DNA of 62,042 nucleotides, counting the filler, from Choristocarpus tenellus KU-1152 (lineage: Eukaryota; Protista; Phaeophyceae): assembly GCA_964200185.2 (NCBI GenBank). It is 9 parts of 9 records of this genome, joined end to end, with 100 filler letters (N's around TTAATTAATTAA, not from the genome) between each part and the next. Parts side by side here need not be neighbours in the genome. Positions count along the whole stretch, not along the records: positions 1 to 3,866 come from CAXNAD020017498.1; positions 3,967 to 9,759 come from CAXNAD020009738.1; positions 9,860 to 14,475 come from CAXNAD020013783.1; 6 more parts are not named here. One strand, written 5' to 3'. Below, in pieces: positions 1-13,226 of this stretch. A program made the position numbers and the translations under genes. Position 1 is the first letter of the stretch. Every line of letters begins with the position of its first letter. Below the pieces are notes generated by a model. The model saw nothing but the letters and a program-made list of their open reading frames with translations, ran no database searches and was not told the DNA's origin.

Positions 1-18
1 CCCCCCCCAGATACCTTG
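1..18. mobile_element. Terminal fragment of the CAAAGTATCT MITE family, cut by the window edge
   Basis: CCCCCCCCAGATACCTTG matches the end of the copy at 440-609 (CCCCCCCCAGATACTTTG) with one mismatch. Confidence 0.55.
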
Positions 19-42
19 GGTCACTAGCCTTGCGGTGCCAAC

Positions 43-1090
43 AATCGAAAACATTTGAGCTTTGCAGAGAAGGTGGAAGTGTTGAGACTCCTGAAGACCA
101 TGACGGGAACTGCGGTTGCTCAAAAGTTTGGAATCAATAACGGCACACTCTACAAGTTAAAGGAGGCAACAACCATCATAGAGAAAGTGCAGACACTGAA
201 GCTTGATGCCAAGTCTACGAGGGGTGCCAAAGAAGTCAAGGTGCGTCAGTGTGTGGATTGAAAGTCTGATATTAGGTTGATTGTTATTGTGATTGAATTG
301 TCTTTCTGCACTGTCTGCTGATGAGGATCATGATTGAATTTTTTGAAATTTTGTACTCGTTTCTGTCGTACTTTAATGTCTGGACTGTGTACTGTAGTAT
401 CACAGGTGATCATTTTTTTCGTAGAGGTACGTCCCGACCCAAAGTATCTGGGAGGGGGGGGAAGTCTACGCCAGGGTGTCCATTTGGACCAAAATAAAGT
501 GAATTTATATTATCCATTCGACATATGCAACTAAATTAATTACACAAAAATCGCGACATGAAAAGATTGACCCCAAGTGGACAGTCGCCACCCCCCCCCA
601 GATACTTTGTGCCTCCCACGAGGTGTCTATCCATACTAATGAGGATCTCTCTAATGCACTTGACGCTCTGCACCTCAAACCCGGCGGAAAACCGTCTCAG
701 GCTTCCATCAATGCAGCAAGAGCACGGATTGGTGTGAAAGACAACGATGAAGTGGCCAATGCGATACTAGAGGACATGAAAGATCACCTGCTCGAGAAAT
801 TCTTGTATCAGTCAGACAATGAAAGCTCGAGTGACGAGGATGACGAGGGTTTTATGGGAGGGGACAGCGCATTGGGGACCGTGAGGAAAGGAGCAGCCTC
901 TTCAGTGTTCTCTCGATTCCTCCACCGCCGTACTCTCAAGTAGTTGACGAGGTTGCAAGGTTAGAAACAACCGTCCGAAGAATGGAGCATGAACGATGTT
1001 TCATACCATCTCCGGAAAGCAAAGCTGACTTGACTCAGCACAATCAGGGCAAGGGCAATCAAACAAGCGGATATTCGATATTTTTTTAGC
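43..1090 (+). pseudogene. Decayed pogo/Tigger-like (CENP-B family) transposase, internally deleted and interrupted by a MITE
   Basis: 43-261 translates RKHLSFAEKVEVLRLLKTMTGTAVAQKFGINNGTLYKLK, resembling a CENP-B N-terminal/psq HTH. 623-1090 is one frame with stops at 941, 962 and 1031; it has an acidic tract and ends KQADIRYFF, a PIP box typical of pogo transposase C-termini. No DDD core seen. Confidence 0.6.
440..609. mobile_element. MITE of about 170 bp, subfamily A, with terminal inverted repeats
   Basis: Starts CAAAGTATCTGGGAGGGGGG and ends CCCCCCCCAGATACTTTG. A subterminal TGTCCA(T/C)TTGG motif occurs on both arms. Homologous copies at 35585-35760 and 59387-59440. No clean target-site duplication. 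Confidence 0.75.
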
Positions 1091-1676
1091 AGTGGCGATT
1101 TTTTTATCAGCGAATAAGTTGTTTTTCTCAGTGCGTGCGATGGGAGGTGTATGGCCGTGCAGCTACATTTATCCATGGTGGTGTTTTTGATACTGTACTG
1201 TATGATATCCTTGTAAGGTTGTACCAGTAGCTTCGCCCCTGTGGCAATCTTGTTGTTTTTCAATGTATCGCCACAACAGATATACAACAATGTATATATA
1301 TTATATAAAAGGGTATGGCAAGAGCTTTTGAAGGTTTGTATCCACGAATGTCCAGGCTTCAGGGAACGGGAGCTATGCCCCGATCAAATAATGGCGAAAA
1401 CGCGGGGGAACATCTCCGGTGCAATTTTGAAGGTTACGACTTAAAAACGGACAAAATTGAAGTGGTTGGTTGAACTCCTTGCGAAAAACTGGTCTGGGAT
1501 AGGTCGATGCCCAAGTTTGGTCGGTGTGGATACCGAGAAAAAAACAAGATTTCCGGACGTCTTTTTAACGCCTTTTGAAGACTTTCTGTGAGCATACACA
1601 CGTGTGACCCACACTGCAACATAAACCACAACGGCGAGACAAGGAGAGCCGCTGAGGCCACTCTGCCCCCTACATC

Positions 1677-1925
1677 TGTTACAGGCGAATAGCACGAGCA
1701 TTTCTTCTCGTGTTCTAGCAAACGGGAGCATTTGTTACAGATGAATAGCACAAGCATTTCTTCTTGTGTTCTAAGAAGCGCAAGCAGTATACGAGATTAG
1801 TAGCACATAGGTAGCCTTACAGAATAAGTGCTGATTCCTTAGAAGATGCAGAGTAAGATTCGCACTGCATGCGTAACCTTACAGAAGAAACGTCAAAGTT
1901 CCTAAAAGTTGCAGAATAAAGGCTT
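1677..1925. repeat. Two adjacent degenerate tandem duplications (56-bp unit x2, then about 60-bp unit x2)
   Basis: TGTTACAG..GAATAGCAC.AGCATTTCTTCT.GTGTTCTA occurs at 1677 and 1733. CCTTACAGAA....TTCCT.A.AAG.TGCAGA.TAA occurs at about 1816 and 1877. Confidence 0.65.
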
Positions 1926-2320
1926 ATGATTGGAGTATGTATACAGCAGTTGTTGGAGATATCTTTTACCATAGAAGTCCAAAGAAAATGGGTGAATGAT
2001 GAAAATAATAAAAAGGACTTTGGTCACAATCCATCACCTCTCTTTAACAGTCCTTTGATCTTGAACGAAACATTGAGTCGAGCTTTGAGCTATGCACTGA
2101 GTGGAGCATCGAGAGAAGGCTGTCTGACACCCAAGAAACTATTACCAAGGTCATTGCATCATTTTAAGGTCGTTGGATTTGAGTTGTACATCCTGTGGAG
2201 GTGAGTTCTGGAGTGTGCTGTAACAGATCTACCCTCGGAACCTTCTCTGTCGAGAGGCGACGGAAAAGCAAGTACCATGTGACACTTAGTGCGATGTTAG
2301 GTGACGAGAAAGAGTGAGTA

Positions 2321-3420
2321 GTGTGGCGCAGCAGCATGATCAAAGCATGCAATGGATCATGGGGCCGCGATGCTGACGCTGAGATAAGGTGCATTGAAAG
2401 CATTACCACACAAACGTGGTTGGATCTTCAACCACGTCGGAGCACTACTCTGAAGTCTCTGCTGCCTCGGGAAAGCAGGAAGAGAGCGGCAAGTCCATCA
2501 CCAGGTGGTACAGTGACGAAGTCTGTGGTGAAGCCTGGTCACAGCAGGCGAAGGGAGAACCGGGGTAGCCGGCCAAAGGGAAGGTTGGGGAAGAGAGCAG
2601 TGCGACTGCGTGCCACTGCACTCAGGAAACGCCTAAGCAAAAACCTGGGTGTAGAATATCTTAGTAGTCGACAGTTACCGCAGGCCCTAGCTGTTTGGAA
2701 GCTGTGCGAGCCGAAGTGGCTTAAGGAAACGAAAAAGAAGCTGTTAGGGTTGGGCTACAAGGGTTCTGAAGCTCGAAAGAGGGTTGAAAGGGCTCGCAAG
2801 GCAGAGGAGAAAGCAATCGTAACAAAGGCAGTGGTGGAGACCTTTCGATACTACCAAATCCTTTACTTGGAAGAGGTCCCGAAGCAGGTGGAGGTAGCCA
2901 TCAATGTGGACGCCAGGGAAGAAGAGAAGGTGAAATTGAGACTATTTGCACGCCGATGGTTTGGTGTCTCCCACGTCTTGCAAGATGCTGTGCATTTACT
3001 TTTATTCCTGGACTTAGGGTTGGACGTGTATAAAGTTGATTAATGCTTTCTCCCAGCCTGTATTCTTTCGAGAAATCACCATAATTTTCGTTCAACTCGA
3101 GCCTGTCCTCCCTCGCCCTTGCGCCTTGATGATAAAATATCACCCACCCAGGAAACACGGACGATGCCCATTTCCGGCGTTCAGCGAGGAAATGTGATAG
3201 TAAAGGCTCTAACACTGCGAATCCTGTACTTGTGTACGAACGTCGGTAAAGACCGTCAAATGGCACTCAAGATGGCAGCAGGATGTGCGATGGTCAGGTC
3301 GGAAACTGTGAGTAAATGGGAGAGAGATTTCCTAATTAAGGGCCACATCAAGGTGTTGGAGTAAGGGCGCTACGAGAGGCGTTTCGTTCTGGGCCTCGAT
3401 GAGGACATCCTTGCTGATGG
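2321..3420 (+). pseudogene. Intronless, broken ORF, probably a transposon-derived relic
   Basis: A 240-aa basic ORF is followed by a second frame reading ETVSKWERDFLIKGHIKVLE*GRYERRFVLGLDEDI, which resembles the HTH/linker region of IS630-Tc1-like transposases. The lack of introns contrasts with the host genes here. Confidence 0.3.
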
Positions 3421-3480
3421 GTTGGCGAACACACATGAAGAAAGCGTGGGGAGGCTTTCCCCCCCCCAAACATACTTAAT

Positions 3481-3775
3481 CAAGGAATTGTATATCGGTT
3501 GCCACTCTTGGTGACCCACAATCCGGGGTTCGAACCCCAATATAAGCACCCTTTCTTCAAAAATAGATTTTTTTTTTGGCAAAAACAACACGAAGCTCGT
3601 ACTATAGAGGGAAATGCGACGGGCATCACGGATATCCATTTTGTTTGTTGTTATATTCATCCTGTTCTTTTCCTACCGTCGGTGGCCCATCTTAAGGCGA
3701 CAAGTCCAACTAATACTTTATGTATATTATCATCATTATGCCCTCTGACTTTTTGCAGATATGTCGGGGGGGAAA
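3481..3775 (+). mobile_element. Candidate tRNA-derived SINE with a LINE-like 3' tail
   Basis: Pol III B-box GGTTCGAACCC at 3527-3537 inside a tRNA-like head (TGTATATCGGTTGCCACTCTTGG...CAATCCGGGGTTCGAACCCC). The 3' end ATTATGCCCTCTGAC...TGTCGGGGGGGAAA matches the 3' terminus of the LINE at 38684-38725. Confidence 0.45.
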
Positions 3776-3866
3776 CCAATGAAAACTATACATATTATGT
3801 CGTTATTAGCCCTAAAGAAACAAAATATCCTAAACTCGAGAACACTATAAAACATTGTAAGTGTGG
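3776..3866 (-). mobile_element. 3' UTR fragment of the RLE-type LINE family
   Basis: The reverse complement (CACACTTACAATGTTTTATAGTG...GATATTTTGTTTCTTTAGGG...TATGTATAGTTTTCATT) aligns with 38582-38667. Confidence 0.65.
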
Positions 3867-3966
3867 NNNNNNNNNNNNNNNNNNNNNNNNNNNNNNNNNN
3901 NNNNNNNNNNTTAATTAATTAANNNNNNNNNNNNNNNNNNNNNNNNNNNNNNNNNNNNNNNNNNNN
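3867..3966. other. Artificial contig spacer (also at 9760-9859, 14476-14575, 29699-29798, 32523-32622, 38031-38130, 53455-53554 and 59441-59540)
   Basis: Identical 44 N + TTAATTAATTAA + 44 N linker, which places stops in all six frames. Confidence 0.98.
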
Positions 3967-5445
3967 GTTGTGATATATTTTTTTGCTTGCATGGGAGCGG
4001 GGGGGGGGGGGGGGGGGGGGGGGGGTGGGCTCTTTTGGGTGTGTTGAGGCTCAGAGGTTGCAATCAAGCATATGGGAAGGGAATTGTCGGTTCAAAGCCT
4101 TCAAAGATACACACACACACACACACACATACGTAACATATAATATAATAATGCATACATGCAAAAAATGCATGAGAAATCTGTACAACCAATATGAGGG
4201 GAGACGGGGGATGTTGTCACAGAAAAAGGCTGAGAAAAAGGATGGCACTAATAAAATAAGAAAAATAATGTGTTTGGTACATTGAACCAACAGGACACAC
4301 ATGTACTCACGCTGATACCATTCCCTTACCCCTAGGGTATATATTATTAAATGTTATTTCCTATCATTACTGCTACTCAGAAGTGGGTGTTAATCTTGTT
4401 ATAACATCATTCATGAGAAGATGTACAAAAAGAATTCAACATGCTGTTGAATAATAGAGAGGTATGTTTCCAGTGTGGCCAACGGCAGGGTATATGATTC
4501 GAAAATAAAGAAAGACATTGAAGCCCTCGCTTGATCCAAATACAATATGTTCTGCTCGATCTAATCAAGTTCATAGAAAGAATTTGAGCCAATTGATTCC
4601 TACGAAAGATATCTGATTCCAGCAACAAACATGCAACATTACACTAGAAAAATCACATTTTTTTTTTTGAAGGAAGTGTAACTTGCACCCTTGTCTTCTC
4701 AAAAATCTCCGGGAGAGCAAAGAGGGACAACGCCTGAGTATAAACACACCATTGCACTAGAAAATGAACAAAGGAGGCACGGACTTAGATTGTACTCTTT
4801 GGCTTATAATCATGTGTAACCGACACTAGTCTCAATCGACTCTCTCAACACTAGTACAGCTCTATGGCATCTGTACATGTATGGTCTGAAAAACAGTCAG
4901 GGAGATTTCTTTCAAGAAGTGAATTTCTGAAACAGACGCACACAACCCTGGTGGTTGCAACACATACTAGTTTACAGGCATACCATGCATTTTCAAACTA
5001 CAATGATTTTCCTGATGGTATTTCTTTGTCATGACTTCAGCACAACACAACATTGAACCTTGAAATCTATGATACTATAAACGGTCTTTTCTGAGGCTCT
5101 TATGTGTGACGCATGTTGAGGTTATTACCAGAAATATCCAGGACCATGAAAACTGCCTAAGATATCGCCCTTTCTCTCTCCCTCCTATTCCCTACATCCC
5201 TCAATTCCTCATTGTACCCTACTCATCAACATTTTGTCAAAGCTTTCCCTCATGTTTCCCCCAAATAACCATGATTCAAGTAGCATGATTCTATCAATAC
5301 AACCATGGTGCGTCCATTTCCCTTCTACCTTTTACAGACGTAGCTCTAGGCAATGCACAACCCTAGTGCTATTGAAGTATACACCTCAGAAGGACCGTGC
5401 CCCAACTGTTCCCCCTTCACTCATCCCTGACTTTCCTCATCGCAC

Positions 5446-6179
5446 CTCTTCAAGGTACTCCACTGCACTGATGTTGCCCTTCATGCCCTTTTGCACCGTG
5501 GTTTGTAGCTCCTTTTCAAGGAGAAAGCACTCGCTGATGGCATCCATCTTCTCCCGAGTTGTCGGTTGCCCACATTGTCAAAGGAGGGCAGGTTATGTTT
5601 CGGTGGGCGGTTGGGGGAAAGGTGTCATTGGAAGAAGATGCCGAGAGGCTGAGGGTTAGGGATAGGTCATGGTGGACTGGCGTTTCCTACGAACGATCTT
5701 GCACACTTGCGACCCCACTCACATGGAGCAACAACCCAGAACTCAAACGAGGGGGACTGAAACAAGATAATCGCATCGATTTTGCAGTTTCAGTAAAAGA
5801 AGAAGAGAAGTGGTTTGGTTCCCATCCAGCTGGTGTCTAACTCAGCAGTGGTCGTTTGTGATGAAGCATAATTCGACCAAAATGCTGTGGTAACGATGGT
5901 GGGGTTTGATCAATAGTGGCAACATCTTCCAGTCTTCCTTGGTTCACCGACCTTGGCTATGGCCTTGGTGATATTTCGGCGCGCCAACGAGAGGTTCTCA
6001 CTAATATTTTTCATCGGAAGGATTTCTTTCTCCAGCTTTCCTAAACGAGTCTCGAAGTTGTCGTAGATGCCAGACATCTGTGTAGAGGCCTGTTCGAAGT
6101 TGCGGAGGCCTGCTCTGAGGGTATCAACTGCCGCCTCCGATACTGCAGCGCCTGCTGCACCATCTGTATCTGACCCCAT
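5446..6179 (-). CDS. EXO70: Exocyst complex subunit Exo70, first two exons (3' partial)
   Basis: Exons 6179-5952 and 5547-5446 (GT-AG, phase 0) give ...ASTQMSGIYDNFETRLGKLEKEILPMKNISENLSLARRNITKAIAK|MDAISECFLLEKELQTTVQKGMKGNISAVEYLEE, matching the Exo70 N-terminal coiled-coil pattern (FxxRLxxLExxIxP...NI). Confidence 0.8.
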
Positions 6180-6793
6180 TACTACTCTTCACAAGCAGTT
6201 TCCTCAGTGAGAAGTGCAGTAATGTATATTTTACCACTGAAAGATGGACTCCCAAAGAGCTGATCAGGTGTTGCGATTCCTTCTCTTGCAGCAGGTGGTC
6301 CCATACATGCTACACCCTTGCGCTCTTTCAAATCACCAAGGCCCCACCACTAAAACGATTCACTCGTTCCTTTCTCAAGGAGCTTCTCCCAACCCTCGGG
6401 TGAGGACCGGAGTGAACCTTGATCCTACAGCATACCAGGTCTCTCATCCCAATATTACGGTTGAAATAATTTTTCAGGACTTTATTGAACCTGCGAGGCC
6501 ATGAAATCTGAGGAGTTCACCAACCTTCCTCCAAATTACCTCCTATATACAACAATATTGGGTGGGAAAGAGGGACCTGTGCCTCGTCTCGTACAAGTGT
6601 CAACTTCTATTTTGATCCGTGAGGGAAACCTATATTGCAAAGCCGGATCCGTGGGCTTAGTCCATCTACCTATTGCTTGGGTGCTTGCTTGGGTTATCGG
6701 GAAGAGGGAGCCATTTCACAACAGAGTTGGATTAGGAGAACTTGCTAACCTTGGTCTCCATAGCTTTGGATTGGACACGCCAGCGTAGGCATC
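6180..6793. promoter_or_regulatory. Probable bidirectional promoter and 5' UTR region
   Basis: 614 bp between the divergent start codons of Exo70 (6179, -) and Rpn10 (6794, +). Inferred from position only. Confidence 0.5.
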
Positions 6794-8255
6794 ATGCCTC
6801 TCGAATCTACTATGATATGGTGGGTCCAAAAATGAACGTATTTCTGGTTCGTAAGATGTTTGTGCATGGGTTGTTGGGGCATCAGCACCAAGCAACACTA
6901 TCGACCGACACCTTGCATTTATGCAATACATACGACTAGAAAGTTTAGGATAGAAAACAAAGTGTTCTGCTAGCTTTGTGAACTCTCTGTGTACATTAGA
7001 TTTACGGGTTTGAGTGAGGAGGTTGAGGGCAGGTTCCTCCAACACTCCTGCTCAACATTGACCTCAGTGTAGTCCGTAGTTAAGGTAGAGGCAATGCCTT
7101 GTATGTATGCCGTTTTGTGCAACCAAGTCTATCCGCAAAGACTTGGTGAGATTGTGGTTGGGAATAATACTCCGGGAAGTTTGGCAAGAATTCTCTTCCT
7201 CCCAACACATCGCATATCAGTTCCGATGTGCTGAGTCCTAGACTGCATCATGGTTCGACCTTGGCAAAGGGGATGATGCAGATGAAAATATTTCGGCGAA
7301 GTCATTCGGCTTCTTGACGAAGAGTAAATTCTGTATATCAGGATAATTTTTCTTTGGATAATGGTATTGGTGCATTTTAGAGATGATGTACTCGATATGT
7401 GAGTCCTCATCCCTGTCATGAGCAAGTTATACAATGCCTTACACAAACGTTTTGGTTGCTCTAGAGAGTAGTACTGTGGTGTGAAAAAAGCTTGTGCAGG
7501 AGATTGCATTGTTGGGAAAGTGACTATGAATCTGGAAATGTAAAAAAAAACACGTTTTTCCATGCACTGCCGAATGAACCAAGACCCTCTAGATTGTGAA
7601 GTAGCTATTCATCTTGGAGTTCATTGAGACATAACAAAGGTGGGGCATTTCTTGTAATGGGTGCAAGGGAAAGAGAAGGACGAGAACGCAGATGAGACCC
7701 AAATTTCATGTGGAGACTGGAGGTTGAATAGGTTTGAAAGGTTTGCTTCTATCAAGGATGAAAGAGAGATGGTTAATGGAGAATATCAGCTAGTCATGAG
7801 AATATATTGGGTAGGAATGAGGTTTAGTCGGGCCCTGCCTTGCCTGCATGAAACTTGGTATAAAGATGGGACCTTGTTGAATAGAGAAGGATCCCCCAAG
7901 CAGAATCCAGTTGCTGAGCATGACTGTAGAGATGATGTGTGCAGCTAAGTCTGGCTTGGGTATTCATGGCTTAGGCACTTCAAGTGCATGAGAAGGTTCA
8001 TAAACCGGGGAAGTGCAATCTCGTAAGATATCCCATGAGTTTTGTGTTCATTCTGATATGTATATGTATGCTGTGTACGCAAGCTAGTCTATCGGATTTT
8101 TTTCTTGTTGTGAATGGAAGTGTGAATGACATGCTAGAACCTAATGAAAGACTTGATTTGTGCAATACTCGAAAAAACCTTTGCTTGTCAGTTCCATGCG
8201 TAGGATGGACAGATGATTCAAGGAACAAAGGTACATCTCTCTGGTGAATCCCTCC

Positions 8256-8321
<66 letters not shown>

Positions 8322-8590
8322 ACGGAGCAGACGCGGCGCCCCCCGCCCCCCCNNNNNNNNNNGTTCCTTTCGTTGGATGGACAGTTTATTCAAAGAACAA
8401 AGGTAACTTTCTCTTGTTATTCCCTCCTCCCCCCCCTCCCCCCCCCCCCACTCCTCTACCCTGTTCCTCCAGCCTGGACAACTCAGAGTGGATGCGAAAC
8501 GGTGATTACATTCCCACCCGAATGGAGGCACAGCACGATGCCGCTAATCTCCTCTGTGGGTCAAAGACACAGGCCAACCCAGAGAGTACG
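6794..8590 (+). CDS. RPN10: 26S proteasome ubiquitin receptor Rpn10/PSMD4, first two exons (3' partial)
   Basis: Exons 6794-6819 and 8473-8590 (GT-AG, phase 2) give MPLESTMIC|[39 protein letters not shown], the conserved N-terminus of the Rpn10 vWA domain. Confidence 0.93.
8257..8450. repeat. Poly-C tract and noisy duplicated sequence around a 10-N gap
   Basis: About 65 consecutive C. 8363-8430 is an error-rich copy of 8191-8257. Likely an assembly artefact inside the Rpn10 intron. Confidence 0.7.
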
Positions 8591-9861
8591 GTGAGAAAAA
8601 GGCAGCAGCAGAGTTCTTCCGCCTCCATCACGCTCCAAACTCTTTGGAGGCGTATCACTATGTTCTTTCTGCTCAATGTACTGTTCATTTTGATGTATAT
8701 CCCTGACCCTTACTCCCTTGCGACTGGGTGGTGCCAAGCGGATTTTTTTCCTTTGTTTCTTTTGAGATGTGAGCGCGCCTGACGTGTGAGACACGGTACC
8801 TTAGACGGTGTTAGTTCTGAGTGCTTAAATCTTTGGAGAGATCCCGTTCGAAAAGTTAATGCGCAATAAACAAAACAAAACAAAAAAAGAATTACGTTTC
8901 TGGTGCTTTTGTGTCGTATCTTAGTGTGAGGGTTTCCTAAAATATTGTTTTTAGGAATACACTCGCCATTCACCGTCGCTGTAGGAATATTTCGGGCAGG
9001 GCTTGTAGAGAGGGTGAGCACTACGCATCGGAGTAACTCTTCTTGTTTCATTTCGATACATTTTTTTTTTTGTTCCGTTCTTATGTTCTTTTTTTTTTTT
9101 TTTTTTTTTTTTTTGGGGGGTTGTTTTTTTTTTTTGTTTTTTTATCTTTGTTTTCTGTGGGTTGTTTGCAGATTTTTACTTGGGTCTGCTCAGCGTCGCT
9201 TCAAGTGGTTTGCATGGATGAGGAGAACTATTGTATCAGGAAGGCGAAGCTCGAGGCTTCACAGGAGGCGATGTAGAATGGACTATTGTTAAATTGAATT
9301 TCCCTGAGATTTCTGGGTACCATAATAATGAGTTTCTCCGAGACTACCCCCGAAGTAATTTAGTGGATTTCTGATGCCATCTTCTGTTTTTAAGCTCTTC
9401 CCCCGTATAGTGTTCCAAACTCACGTGGAAACGAAGGACTATGTGCTGTGGAAGTGTTGTGTTGTGTTGCAGAAGTGTTCCGCTGAAATTTTACTGACTT
9501 CACAACACAAAGTGGCAGGTATGAATGACCTTGGTCTGTTCTTGCGAGGTTGGGGGCTGTGGGCTCAATAGTTAGGCGGTACGACAAAGAGATCGCCTTC
9601 CAAGAAACCAAGAAACCTTCGGCATGAAGAGGGACAGTAGACCTTTATTTTGGTGCTCTCTACCATTCGATTTAGTTATTGTCAGGCGATGCTCAAAAGT
9701 AGGATGGTTATTGGTTGGGTTGTACGATATATGAAGGTTTTTTTTTTTCTCTTTGGGGGNNNNNNNNNNNNNNNNNNNNNNNNNNNNNNNNNNNNNNNNN
9801 NNNTTAATTAATTAANNNNNNNNNNNNNNNNNNNNNNNNNNNNNNNNNNNNNNNNNNNNCC

Positions 9862-13226
<3,365 letters not shown>

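Noticed and set aside
3481-3540. Functional tRNA gene
   Set aside because: A B-box is present, but I could not form a convincing acceptor or anticodon stem; treated as a SINE head.
3867-3966. Recurrent TTAATTAATTAA palindrome flanked by Ns
   Set aside because: It is an artificial concatenation linker, identical at all eight joins.
6820-7980. Possible LINE relic suggested by several 60-140 aa ORFs
   Set aside because: No ordered RT or endonuclease motifs; the region is the first Rpn10 intron.
8363-8450. Apparent tandem duplication of 8191-8257
   Set aside because: An error-rich copy beside a homopolymer and a 10-N gap, most likely a low-quality read overlap.
7998-8782. Poly-Pro and poly-Gly ORFs resembling formin or extensin
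   Set aside because: They are translations of an intronic poly-C tract and an assembly gap; only 8473-8590 is coding (Rpn10).
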